Position numbers and translations under genes: made by a program
NCBI GenBank assembly: GCA_030264375.1
Contig: JASCQW010000190.1
Span: 47,861,503-47,925,183 of the forward strand
DNA from: Carcharhinus longimanus
Lineage: Eukaryota
Direction: 5' to 3'
Length of the DNA stretch: 63,681 nt
Shown here: positions 54,301 through 61,277 of the stretch, one piece after another
Position numbering within the stretch: position 1 is the first letter of the stretch
How the letters are laid out: the number at the start of each line of letters is the position of its first letter
Notes under the pieces: generated by a model
What the model saw: the letters and a program-made list of their open reading frames with translations, nothing else
The model's database searches: none
Told to the model about the DNA's origin: nothing

Positions 54301-57300
54301 AGAGTAGGGCAGAGCACGGGGCAGTCTTCATCTATCTGGTGCTAACAAAGAGTGCCTGAAATGAAACCTGATCCACTTGGCAGCAACAAAGCCATACAAA
54401 AAAATAAACAAAAAAAACTGGTTTATCACAGCTTCCAGCATTAACCTTGAGTCACACTAGAATGCCGCATGTTCTCTCCTTATCTCCACCATAGCACTGA
54501 AGTCATCTGGGAATGGTACCTCCCATCTCCCCTCAGCCCCCATATTCCTGCAATCGGTTTAGAATGTTCTCCGAGCAAGGTGGGACTAGGTTGTTTGAAT
54601 TGATGCTGGACAGGGCGACACGATGGCGCAGTGTTTAGCACTGTTTCCTCACAGAGCCAGGGACCCGGGTTCGATTCCTGACTTGGATGACTGTCTGTGT
54701 GGGGTCTGCATGTTCTCCCCGTGTCTGTGTGGGTTTCTCCTGAGTGCTCCAGTTTCCTCCCACAGTCCAAAGATGTGCAGGTTAGATGGATTGGCCCTGC
54801 CAATTTGCCTCTTAGTGCCTGAAATTGTGCAGGTTGGGTGGGATGAGCTATGGTAAATGCGCGGGGTTACAGGGATAGGGTGGGGGATGGGCCTGGGTAA
54901 GATGCTCTGTCAAAGAGTCAGCGCAGATTTGATGGGCTGAATGGCCTCTTCTGCATCGTAGAGATCCTATAATAAACTGCGCACTGAGCAAAGCGAGATG
55001 CCAGGATGCGGTCTATCCAGTACCTGAGTTTCCTGAGTAGTGCCTCATGATTGCCTTCACATTCCGTCAAAGGTGACAAAGACCTGGAGGACCTGTGTAA
55101 TGAAAGTCAAGTGAGTGAATTCTGAAAACCTATAGCAGCAGAGTCAATTCACTTTTACTTTACACTGAAATACCTGTTCATTGTATTGGTCAGCGAGTCT
55201 GTGAAAAATCTAACTGTTGCAATGTTCCCACCATCACTGGAAGAAATTCAATGTATATATTAGTTCAGCTTCTTTGCCATTTTCCATCCATAATAATATC
55301 TCGGAACTATGTACTTGAATTTTATAGAATCATAGAAGCGTAGAATCCCCACATTCCACCCATCTTGTCTGCACCGAGCACAATCCCACCCAAGCCCTAT
55401 CCCCGTAACCCCACATATTTACCCTGCTGATCCCCCTGACAGTAAAGGCAATTTAATATGGCCAATCAACCTATCTCGCACATCTTTGGACTATGGGAGG
55501 AAACCGCAGCACCCAGAGGAAATCCACGATGTGACAACAGACAAAACTAATGCTATTGTGCACACAGGCAGTAGGAGGATGACACAGCTTGCAGCAGCAA
55601 TTTGAATTTGCTTATTCACATGAGGCATTTCCACCTCATTTCCCTGATGCAATTTCTCACTTTTGCACAGCCTCCCCAAACCAGGGTTACAGGGCTTGTG
55701 ATCCTGATTCAGCATTCCCACTTTCCACATGAGTCAAATCAGGCTATTAAACCTTTCCCAGGCCCATCTGGAAAATGGAAGAGGACCTTATTAAGATCCT
55801 AAAACAGAAAATGCTGGAAAATCTCAGCATCTGTGCAGAGAGAACAGAGCCGTTGTTTTGAGTCTGGATGACCCTTCGTTCTGAGGAGAACCATTTGGAT
55901 AAGCTCACATCCACAACCGATAAAAATTTAGGACAGAATTTTCCTGTCCCGTTCACCACGGGAATCGTAGCGGTCAGGACATGGACCATACAAAGGTCCA
56001 TTGTCCTCAGGTAGGTTTTTCCAGCCTTGGGCAAGTGCGGCCAGATAATCCCACCCCGTCTTCCTTCCATCCTTCTGCATTAGTCAGAGCTAGTTCTGAG
56101 CCCAAGTCTGCAATGTACTGACTGCAGAGTTACATTGATTGACAGTTTGATCAGAAACCACATTCCAAATAGACCATGTGTATGAACATGCCATATGTTT
56201 ACCTGCTTCCTCTACTATTATGGCACAGATATTTGACCAATTTCAAATAAATCAGTAACCCCCCGCCACTAAATGGCATCAAGTGTTTACCCAGAAGAAT
56301 CTCACGGTAGAATCTCAGGGTTTTCAATCAATAAATAGTTTGTCCCACCATGGGATGGTGTTCCATGGATACCAGTTACCTTTTACTTTACCCAAGTAGC
56401 TATTATCAGAGGGAGCAAATCTTAGCAGGATGTCTAGTAAGAGAGTGGAGGGGGCATCACAGCTAAAGTTAATTCTGTCTTCAGCTCACCCCTCACTGAT
56501 AAACCTGCCAGCAGCAGGCACTGGCAAGCAGTTAGGAGTGTGATGATTTTTCTTTTCTCCTTAACCCGAAAGCAGGAGAGACAACTGTAATTTCTTTTTT
56601 ATCGGAGGAAATATCAGTCAGTGGTTCTGGGTGTAATGGGTGAACAGGACTGGCTGCAGGTCAGGTATAGCAGCAAAAAGACTGAGGTTGCTGGAGAGTG
56701 AAAGATGGGACATCAGCCAGGAATCCGTGAGAACATTGTGGTCATTCCGTAGTTGGACCTTTCTGGGCTCTGCTCCACACTCAGTTGTGCTTTTAGCAAT
56801 GGCCATGATGGAATATTAAATGGTAGAATTTTATACCCGATCATAACAACATGTTGTTCTTTTTCTCTCTAGTCCCTGGTAGATTGACCAACACCAGATT
56901 GCCACATTAGTTGATTGGGGCTGTGCTTGAAGGAAGCATGTTTCAGAGATGGAAGCACAACACTGTGTGCCAATTCCCCAACCCACTCCTCCACTGAACA
57001 TAGCTCCTCCTCGCTTCCTCCCATTGCCAGGTGCACTGAATTTACCCTGTAAGCATGAAGCCCTTGTATCAGCATTAATAGGTATTGAAAACAACCAGAT
57101 TGGTTCAAATCTGGTTATTGTTATCATTGTGTGATAACGTCATCAGCGAAACCATTCCTCGACATTCCAGGAATCTGACTCAGGCCCAGCTCAGAAGGTC
57201 AAGAACAAAACAAGCTGAAGAGATTTGCAGGAGGATTTTGGGTGGGTTTCCCCCTCACTCCAATGTGTTTACTGATGGCAGAGGCTGCACATCACTGGCC

Positions 57301-60300
57301 ACTGGCAGGACCTTCTGGTCCCGCTGATGTCCATTCCGTTCTGTGTGGGTCACCCGTCCCATCGCTGGAGAACCCACCATGGGAGACTGCCTTCAGCAGA
57401 ACTGGAAGATCCCACTGGCAGGACGACCTGGAAAATCTGGCCCATGGAGTTGGAAGGGTTTCTTACAAACAAGCTTTAAATCAACTCGATTGCTCCCAAT
57501 TGCAGGAGACAATCTGATGGATTTGATGGCACCTCTTCAGCTATTTGCTGCTGCCCACTGCAATGAAGCCTGGAAGTCACCAGAGGACTATGATCCGCTC
57601 ATCCCTCTCTGAGAGAGTGAGAGAGAGTTGACTGGCGGTGATTTAACCTGAGGGTCACCACACTTCAGGCAAGGGGCACGATTGAGAAGGTGAGTCCAAT
57701 GTAGATAACCTCAGCCGGTACAGGAATTGAATACACTTTGTTAGCATCACTCCACATCACGAACCAGCTGTCCAGCCAACTGAGCTAACCAACCCTCTAT
57801 GCCCACAGTCATCCCCAATTCAATATCCTGCCCAGCATAATGAAATTTCCTGAAGTCTCCCAGTCCTCCTGAATAACCTTACTTCTCAGCAACAATATCC
57901 CCCACCCCACCCCTTGCACCCCCCCTCCCCCTCAGCCCCTAGACCTTAGTTATGAGGCCATATAGCTATATATAATCCTCAGTGTATGCATACAGACGGT
58001 TGATGTAATAGTCTACAGTACAGGATGTACAGGATTTTACTGCGTTAAATCACATCAGAATATTAGCAAATGTCTTGTACAAAAATTCTCCAAAGATCTC
58101 TCCTACCTGATAGAGATATCCAGGATATTCGGACAAGTGCTTATTGCATTTGCCATTATAAGAATACCATTTATAGTGATGTTATTGCCACCCAATCTGG
58201 AGTAAAAGAAAGAATTCATGTCATATTTACAGAATTCTTATTTCTTACAAATTTATAAATAAGCAAGGGCCAACTGCAATGACCACCAAACTTTTTAAAG
58301 TTTTTTTAAGTTTACTTATTATTGTCACAAGTAGACTTACATTAACACTGCAAAGAAGTTATTATGAAAATCCCCTAGTTTCCACACTCCTGGTGCCTGT
58401 TCGGGTACACTGAGGGAAAATTTAGCACCTAACCAGCACGCCTTTTGAACTGTGGGAGAAAACCAGAGCACCTGGAGGATATCAACGTAGACATAGGGAG
58501 AACATGCAGACTCTGCACAGACTGTGACCCAAGCCAGGAATCGAAACCAGGTCCCTGGCACTGTGAGGCAGCACTGCTGACCACTGTGCTACCATGTCTC
58601 TTTTAAGTTAAGCTAAAACAGAATCCGCTGGTATGGAGGTTGATGTGGAGCTTTATGCAGCTCTGTCTGGTGACAGACTTATGATTGGCTTGCCAGGAGG
58701 GACAACAGCCCAGATCAAACCCTACAGAAAGTCAGGTGTGAGTTTTAACACCTGGTCACAAATCAGGAGGCAGCTTTTCTTACTGTTTGGTGAATAAAGG
58801 TTGGTGAAGAAGACCTAGGGCGACATGGTAGCACAGTGGTTAGCATTGCTGCTTCACGGTTCCAGGGACCTGGGTTCGATTCCTGGCTCGGGTCACTGTC
58901 TGTGTGGAGTTTGCACATTGTCCTCGTGTCTGCGTGAGTTTCCTCCGGGTGATCCAGTTGGCCCAGGGCAGCCGGTCTTATGTATTTGTGGGCCTATAGC
59001 TGTGTGATCCTACAAACGTCTCCAGCCGAGTCCTGGAAGGAACCGCAGGGGTAACAATTTCTGACTTTGACTTTGAGAAATGGTGTCACTGTTTAAAAAT
59101 AAATGGTTGCCCATTTCAGACAGAGTTAAGGGGAATTTTCTTCTCTCAGAGGGTGGTCTTTGGTGCTCGCTTCCTCAAGAGGCAGTGGTAGCAGAGTCTT
59201 TGAACATTTTTAAGGCAGAGATAGATAGATTCTTGATGAACAAGTGGGTAGAAGGTAGTAGGCAGGAGGCTCTAACCAGAGCAGCCATGATTATTGAATG
59301 GTGGAGCAGGCTTGAGTGGTCACATGGCCTCCTCCTGCACCTAATTTGTATGTCTGCATAAGGATCCCACTTACTCAATTCTTCTCAGACTTCCAACTTG
59401 AGGAAGCACGTCCACAAGCGCTGTGATCCCAGCATCCCCCAGTTCATTATCTTGCAAGCTGGAAAGAAATTGAAGCATCACATGATAAGAGATGTCAGGC
59501 ATGAGTTAAACTAGAATCAGGCAACTTGGTAGAATCGGTTATAATACTTGCTTTAGTTCTTCCAGGTGGTGACAGAGTTTCAGTGCAGAGAACAAGTGGG
59601 TAACACCCTTCACAGTAATACTGCAAGATGTGAGGCTGGAATCAAAAGTTTGGTTTCATTACTATCTCCAAATTAAAGCAATACCAATTTAGAAGAAAAA
59701 TGATTAAAACTCCTGTAGTCCACAATAAACAGCAAGCACGACTTGCATTCATACAGTACCTTTAATGTAGTGAAACATCCCAAAATACCCTACAAGCACA
59801 TTCCCTACCAAAAACGAACACTGAGGCAGGAAAGTAGTATTAGGACAGATGATTAACAGTTTGATCAGTGGAGTACATTTTAAAGGGCATCAGAAAGATG
59901 GAGGGAGATGTGGACAGAGAGGTTTTGTCTGGCCTCAGACTGTCTGTGTGGAGTTTGCACATCCTCTGGATGCTCCGGTTTCCTCCCACAGTCCAAAAAT
60001 GTGCGGGTTAGGTGGAATGGCCATGCTAAATTGCCCCTTAGTATCAGGGGGATTAGCAGGGTAAATATGTGGAGTTATGGGGATAGGGTCTGGGTGGGAT
60101 TGTTGTCACTGCAAGCTCGAAGCGCCAAATGGCCTCCTTCTGCACTGTTCCCTCTATGCTATGAGAATGGAGAGAATTTCAGAGCTTAGAGATAAATGTC
60201 AAGAGGTCAGAATTGGAGTAATCCAGGGTTCTCAATGGGTCACTGGGTTGGTGGAGGGGACAGATTGGGAGCAGCAACACATTGAACCACGGCCAAGCCT

Positions 60301-60852
60301 CAAGCTCTCCTCATCCATTGTCCTAAACAGTAATTTTCCAGCAGCAGTCATGGATAGTGAGGAAGAATGGGAACACCGGTTGATTCAACCCTTCCTTATT
60401 TTAGTCGTTAAACAATTATACGGTCTATACAGGGTTCAGCTAACTCAGCACGTTCAAGGATAGCTCAGCATCGCTGAGTAATTGGGGGAGCTGTAATCCC
60501 ATGTACCTTCAACACCAGAAGGAGGTTTTAGGAACTTCATTCATGAGTTTAAATACAGTATGTAGGACTGAATAGTAAGCAGATGAATACCTAATACGCA
60601 GAGTAGCAAGTTGTCCATAAAGTGATATTCAGTTAGGATCACATTTTTATTACAGGACTGGAACTCATTTCTTTGTTCTTTGTTCAAATCCTTCCTTATA
60701 TTATTTATTGCAATTACGTTACATAAGAAACTATAATTATTACAATACAGTGTTAATAAATATCTTACATAAGCTTCTTTAGACTCTTGATTCTTGGAAT
60801 GATTTCAGATAATGTTCCAGCAAATTTATCCTCGTATTTTCTGCTTTTGAAA
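312..60852 (-). CDS. NLRC5: NLRC5 (NLR family CARD domain-containing 5), LRR region; partial multi-exon gene, 29 exons in window
   Basis: 29 exons with AG acceptors and GT donors (one GC), all phase 2-2, join without a stop into ~741 aa of RI-type LRRs. First exon FKSRKYEDKFAGTLSEIIP resembles human NLRC5 FKSRKCGDAFAEALSRSLP; last exon RFEERW resembles RVQEPW (human sequence recalled, not aligned). Confidence 0.9.
1100..1183 (-). CDS. NLRC5: NLRC5 LRR exon (84 nt) LEKNGISPAAVKDLLVALKNCPKAFTV
   Basis: ttccag acceptor, gtaagc donor, LRR pattern. Confidence 0.9.
1213..1560 (+). mobile_element. Second tRNA-derived SINE family (further copies ~13460-13740 -, 17960-18205 -, 35165-35420 +)
   Basis: A-box gtggcgtagtgg, B-box-like gtttgaatacc, shared body ctggttcactaa...tttagggaaggaaatctgc, A-rich tail. 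Confidence 0.7.
3332..3415 (-). CDS. NLRC5: NLRC5 LRR exon (84 nt) LAGNMMGDEGLRNLVKVMDKLKGLKEL
   Basis: ttgtag acceptor, gtgagt donor, LxxNxxGDEG motif. Confidence 0.92.
3645..4642. mobile_element. Non-autonomous DNA transposon (probable Harbinger MITE), ~1 kb
   Basis: TIRs GGGCCTGATTCTCCC / GGGAGAATCGGGCCC (14/15), 3-bp TSD AGC at 3642-3644 and 4643-4645; internal gap. Confidence 0.8.
5063..5381 (+). mobile_element. HE1-type SINE
   Basis: tRNA head, V-core ggagtttgcac...cctcccacaatccaaagatgtgc, CR1-like tail. Confidence 0.85.
5503..5700 (-). repeat. 3' LTR of the copia element
   Basis: Direct repeat of 7891-8080; purine-rich GAGAGAAAAT (minus) at 5701-5710 is a candidate PPT. Confidence 0.75.
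6003..6080. mobile_element. Short MITE nested in the copia RNase H
   Basis: cagaattttt...gtaaaattcctg inverted ends; resembles the ~120 bp MITE family. Confidence 0.55.
7873..7890 (-). other. Primer binding site complementary to initiator tRNA-Met
   Basis: Minus strand TAGTGGCAGAGGATGATT vs TGGTAGCAGAGGATGGTT (15/18), directly abutting the LTR terminal CA. Confidence 0.85.
7891..8080 (-). repeat. 5' LTR of the copia element
   Basis: Diverged direct repeat of ~5503-5700 (shared blocks ccagaa.gccag, ccaatctt, ttacacatt, ctgtgtctatt, gctcaaat); ends GAACA on minus strand immediately before the PBS. Confidence 0.8.
8275..8358 (-). CDS. NLRC5: NLRC5 LRR exon (84 nt) VKECKFKEKELMKFFSIIECCTHLTEL
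   Basis: ttacag acceptor, gtaagt donor. Confidence 0.9.
9655..9860. mobile_element. ~200 bp palindromic MITE (similar copies near 18981-19100, 25680-25875, 32824-33015, 36695-36890, 57240-57442)
   Basis: gggtgggattttc...gaaaaatcc ends, with internal gggatcttctggtccc / ggaagatcccgcc inverted motifs. Confidence 0.65.
10101..10163 (-). CDS. NLRC5: NLRC5 linker exon (63 nt) LSSHGRSFIKFAKRCESKVC
   Basis: gcacag acceptor, gtgagt donor, phase 2-2. Confidence 0.8.
10929..12001 (+). mobile_element. HE1-type SINE (alternative tail), split by the 10992-11757 insertion
   Basis: Head 10929-10991; body and tail 11759-12001. Confidence 0.75.
10992..11757 (+). mobile_element. ~770 bp TG...CA insertion (probable LTR) splitting an HE1 SINE
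   Basis: SINE head stops at gggtttgattct and resumes at ggtttgggtcactg; AATAAA near 11661; no TSD seen. Confidence 0.5.
13928..14262 (+). mobile_element. HE1-type SINE
   Basis: Head, core and tail; inserted in a DeuSINE 3' tail. Confidence 0.8.
14765..15153 (-). mobile_element. CR1/HER1 LINE 3' fragment
   Basis: LRGDLIEVYKIMRGMDR CR1 ORF2 C-terminal motif. Confidence 0.85.
15254..15460. mobile_element. Penelope-like terminal repeat in inverted arrangement (another copy 13371-13455)
   Basis: aagctttcggaatgctgttcc and its inverse ggaacagcgttccaaaaactt; aaataaacttgttg...cctggtgttgtgagacttcttact. Confidence 0.55.
15521..15610 (-). CDS. NLRC5: NLRC5 LRR exon (90 nt) ISNNRISPDGALYLVESLNKCSNVVEVEV
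   Basis: ccatag acceptor, gtaaga donor; visible at end of ORF 15517..15867(-). Confidence 0.92.
16005..16485. repeat. Degenerate purine-rich minisatellite
   Basis: Recurring gg(c/a)(c/t)tacag(g/a)ag units roughly every 17-20 bp. Confidence 0.55.
16923..17006 (-). CDS. NLRC5: NLRC5 LRR exon (84 nt) LSCNLLGDEELQCLWDFLPKPHVLKLI
   Basis: cttcag acceptor, gtgagt donor. Confidence 0.92.
18219..18302 (-). CDS. NLRC5: NLRC5 LRR exon (84 nt) LKECNLTKRSMEKLFKILEHCKDLTEL
   Basis: ttcaaag acceptor, gtaagt donor; CKDL as recalled in human. Confidence 0.9.
18383..18433 (-). CDS. NLRC5: NLRC5 linker exon (51 nt) RKGNGKEPEPPRSQIL
   Basis: ttttgcag acceptor, gtaatc donor, phase 2-2. Confidence 0.75.
19260..19304 (-). 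CDS. NLRC5: NLRC5 linker exon (45 nt) ASGRASIILMKKDC
   Basis: gttacag acceptor, gtgaat donor, phase 2-2. Confidence 0.75.
20649..20738 (-). CDS. NLRC5: NLRC5 LRR exon (90 nt) ITDNVISPDAILLLAHSLNVCENILEVEV
   Basis: tcctag acceptor, gtaagt donor. Confidence 0.92.
21529..21612 (-). CDS. NLRC5: NLRC5 LRR exon (84 nt) LSNNALNDEVITELLNHLPGLHDLKIL
   Basis: tttacag acceptor, gtaatt donor. Confidence 0.9.
21630..21882 (-). mobile_element. CR1 LINE fragments flanking a gap
   Basis: RGIEYKSREVLLQLYRALVRPQLE; taagaaca repeat tail. Confidence 0.8.
23014..23097 (-). CDS. NLRC5: NLRC5 LRR exon (84 nt) LEECEMDVKTMGSLCLILEECPGLTEL
   Basis: gttacag acceptor, gtgagt donor. Confidence 0.9.
23332..23388 (-). 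CDS. NLRC5: NLRC5 linker exon (57 nt) FQQEQGFKESLEILSFGA
   Basis: tttcag acceptor, gtatgg donor, phase 2-2. Confidence 0.65.
   Translation of the reverse strand: MSTGARLQRIIGNLVIWS
23962..24335 (+). mobile_element. CR1/HER1 LINE 3' fragment
   Basis: EVYKIMRGMDR...TRGHNFK; same subfamily as 14765-15153. Confidence 0.85.
24737..25060 (+). mobile_element. HE1-type SINE
   Basis: Head, core and tail. Confidence 0.85.
26300..27480 (+). mobile_element. Decayed PIF/Harbinger (HARBI1-like) DDE transposase, split by an HE1 SINE
   Basis: Fragments LNKELLTELYHRLQ, QTGTGDI, RIAGFPIV, STNAQLL; after the SINE VNAHYPGRSLDTFILVQS...GWLLRD (ORF 27046..27249) and SATRNIVEQSIG (ORF 27176..27463), in Harbinger motif order. 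Confidence 0.85.
26727..27045 (+). mobile_element. HE1-type SINE inserted in the Harbinger transposase
   Basis: Head, core and tail. Confidence 0.85.
27913..27960 (-). CDS. NLRC5: NLRC5 linker exon (48 nt) LGKNGKGLIKFCGKY
   Basis: ttttag acceptor, gtaatt donor; resembles linker exon at 10101. Confidence 0.8.
28165..28925 (+). mobile_element. Rex1/Babar-type LINE 3' end with nested CR1 fragment (28555-28900)
   Basis: KLQKVANEAQSIT...LRKAASIIKD...RLRNSFFPA typical of the Rex1 ORF2 C-terminus; aaatc tail resumes after the CR1 insert. Confidence 0.75.
30126..31300. mobile_element. GC-rich non-autonomous DNA transposon related to 3645-4642
   Basis: Starts GGGGGCGATCTTACC; shares gggcagtgcca and cgcatgcgca motifs; right end decayed. 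Confidence 0.5.
31750..31839 (-). CDS. NLRC5: NLRC5 LRR exon (90 nt) VSNNLISLAGVLCLAGCLKRVREITEVAV
   Basis: ccacag acceptor, gtaagc donor. Confidence 0.9.
32301..32620 (+). mobile_element. HE1-type SINE
   Basis: Head, core and tail. Confidence 0.85.
33448..33531 (-). CDS. NLRC5: NLRC5 LRR exon (84 nt) LSNNSLGDSGIEKLVELLPKLRVSKLI
   Basis: tcacag acceptor, gtaagt donor. Confidence 0.92.
33676..33893 (-). mobile_element. Short solo-LTR-like element (218 bp)
   Basis: TGTAGTGT...ACACCACA termini (7/8 inverted), AATAAA on minus strand at ~33726-33731; interrupts a CR1-like fragment; no TSD seen. Confidence 0.55.
34298..34597 (+). mobile_element. HE1-type SINE sharing flanks with the 32301 copy
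   Basis: Head, core and tail; shared flanking sequence. Confidence 0.85.
36050..36133 (-). CDS. NLRC5: NLRC5 LRR exon (84 nt) LTNCYFQVKHLEELASTLENCSDLAEL
   Basis: ttgcag acceptor, gtaagt donor; resembles human LTHCGLQEKHLEQL (recalled). Confidence 0.92.
37127..37180 (-). CDS. NLRC5: NLRC5 linker exon (at least 54 nt) LSSTGDSRIVPAPLKKL; 5' end may extend into the gap at 37220
   Basis: gtaaaa donor; weak ttttag acceptor; frame stays open to the N gap (NRDERKTPPVDFR). Confidence 0.65.
38690..38752 (-). CDS. NLRC5: NLRC5 linker exon (63 nt) LKHHQTMLLKFAEQQEDIEV
   Basis: tctacag acceptor, gtgaga donor; resembles human LQHKTVIFMFAQE (recalled). Confidence 0.85.
39231..39542 (+). mobile_element. 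HE1-type SINE
   Basis: Head, core and tail. Confidence 0.85.
39950..40306 (+). mobile_element. HE1-type SINE
   Basis: Head, core and tail. Confidence 0.85.
41441..41712 (+). mobile_element. HE1-type SINE, alternative tail
   Basis: Tail cacagtaacttcattgcagtgttaatgtaagcc...aataaataaa. Confidence 0.8.
41938..42079 (+). mobile_element. CR1 LINE ORF2 fragment
   Basis: MRGLAYEERLSRLGLYLLEFRRLRGDLIETYKIMKG. Confidence 0.85.
42781..42898 (+). mobile_element. HE1-type SINE 3' part
   Basis: Tail match. Confidence 0.75.
43132..43221 (-). CDS. NLRC5: NLRC5 LRR exon (90 nt) LSNNGTSEDGVLCLASALKKCPRMFEVEV
   Basis: tcctag acceptor, gtaaag donor; in ORF 43128..43319(-). Confidence 0.92.
43858..43941 (-). 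CDS. NLRC5: NLRC5 LRR exon (84 nt) LSDNELKDEGLRRLVEILPDFDISKLI
   Basis: poly-T tag acceptor, gtaagt donor. Confidence 0.92.
44350..44652 (+). mobile_element. HE1-type SINE, alternative tail
   Basis: Head, core, aataaataaacttta tail. Confidence 0.8.
45514..45597 (-). CDS. NLRC5: NLRC5 LRR exon (84 nt) LVNCKLDAQHVPVLSRILQHCPQLASL
   Basis: tttacag acceptor, gtaagt donor. Confidence 0.92.
46368..46690 (+). mobile_element. HE1-type SINE
   Basis: Head, core and tail. Confidence 0.75.
47511..47692 (-). mobile_element. HE1-type SINE 3' part
   Basis: Reverse tail catagaatcatagaatc. Confidence 0.7.
47700..48010 (-). mobile_element. CR1 LINE RT fragment
   Basis: KGKSCLTNLLEFFEEVT...FQKVFDK. Confidence 0.8.
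48320..48645 (+). mobile_element. Rex1/Babar-type LINE 3' end, second copy
   Basis: Similar to 28260-28550; (AAATC)n tail. Confidence 0.7.
50635..50782. repeat. Imperfect (CA)n microsatellite
   Basis: Alternating purine-pyrimidine tract. Confidence 0.9.
51432..51748 (-). mobile_element. HE1-type SINE
   Basis: Reverse-complement head, core and tail. Confidence 0.85.
52880..53370 (+). mobile_element. DeuSINE (SacSINE1/AmnSINE1-like) remnant; other remnants ~13850-13930, 19925-20200, 27740-27870
   Basis: tactgggggagtgctgcactgttggaggtg...gatcccaagatactattc resembles the Deu domain (recalled consensus). Confidence 0.6.
53375..53870 (-). mobile_element. CR1 LINE 3' fragment
   Basis: LRGMGRVDREQLLP...RGHRFKVR. 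Confidence 0.8.
54612..54972 (+). mobile_element. HE1-type SINE
   Basis: Head, core and tail. Confidence 0.85.
55024..55092 (-). CDS. NLRC5: NLRC5 linker exon (69 nt) SSRSLSPLTECEGNHEALLRKL
   Basis: acacag acceptor, gtactg donor, phase 2-2; ends in KL like the 37127 linker. Confidence 0.7.
55174..55236 (-). CDS. NLRC5: NLRC5 linker exon (63 nt) DGGNIATVRFFTDSLTNTMN
   Basis: ttccag acceptor, gtattt donor, phase 2-2. Confidence 0.72.
55324..55530 (-). mobile_element. HE1-type SINE, 5' truncated
   Basis: Reverse core and tail. Confidence 0.75.
55931..56056. mobile_element. ~120 bp MITE (similar copies near 9938-10045, 10450-10572, 10642-10758, 23615-23748, 36455-36582)
   Basis: ggacagaattttcc...aatcccaccc ends, shared core aaaggtccattg.cctc. 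Confidence 0.65.
58107..58196 (-). CDS. NLRC5: NLRC5 LRR exon (90 nt) LGGNNITINGILIMANAISTCPNILDISI
   Basis: ctccag acceptor, gtagga donor. Confidence 0.9.
58305..58597 (-). mobile_element. HE1-type SINE, alternative tail
   Basis: Reverse complement of the 41441-type copy. Confidence 0.8.
58818..58951 (+). mobile_element. HE1-type SINE 5' part
   Basis: A and B boxes, start of core. Confidence 0.75.
59375..59458 (-). CDS. NLRC5: NLRC5 LRR exon (84 nt) LQDNELGDAGITALVDVLPQVGSLRRI
   Basis: ttccag acceptor, gtaagt donor. Confidence 0.92.
59552..59635 (-). CDS. NLRC5: NLRC5 LRR exon (84 nt) LTSCSITVKGVTHLFSALKLCHHLEEL with GC donor
   Basis: ttccag acceptor; AA|gcaagt donor keeps 84 nt and phase 2. 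Confidence 0.88.
59937..60148 (+). mobile_element. HE1-type SINE, 5' truncated
   Basis: Core and tail. Confidence 0.75.
60769..60852 (-). CDS. NLRC5: NLRC5 exon (84 nt) FKSRKYEDKFAGTLSEIIPRIKSLKKL
   Basis: ttgtag acceptor, gtaaga donor; FKSRK motif recalled from NLRC5 just after the NACHT-associated region. Confidence 0.92.
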
Positions 60853-60999
60853 CTACAATTGGAAAAGGGAGAATTAAAACACACACCTTTTGTGATATTT
60901 AATAAACAAAACAAAATTAAAGCATTCTTTGTCAGACAGTGCTAAACTTCAGAGTTCTGACATCAATTAATTTGCTTTTAATCATCAGAGTCATATCCT

Positions 61000-61277
61000 T
61001 GGTGGCACAGTAGGTAACACTGCTGCCTCACAGTGCCAGGGGCCCAGGTTCAATTCTGGCCTTGGGTCACAGTCTGTGCAGAGTTTGCATTTTCTTCCCA
61101 TGTCTGCATGGGTTTCCTCCCACTGTTGAAAGCTGTGCAGGTTAGGTTGATTGGCCATGGTAAATTGACCCGAGTGTCAGGGGGTAGCAGGATAAATGTG
61201 TGGGGTTACGGGGATAGGGCCTGAGTGGAATTGTGGTTGGTACAGACTTGACACCGTCAAGTAGGGATTCTATGGTT
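61000..61277 (+). mobile_element. HE1-type SINE
   Basis: Head, core and tail. Confidence 0.8.
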
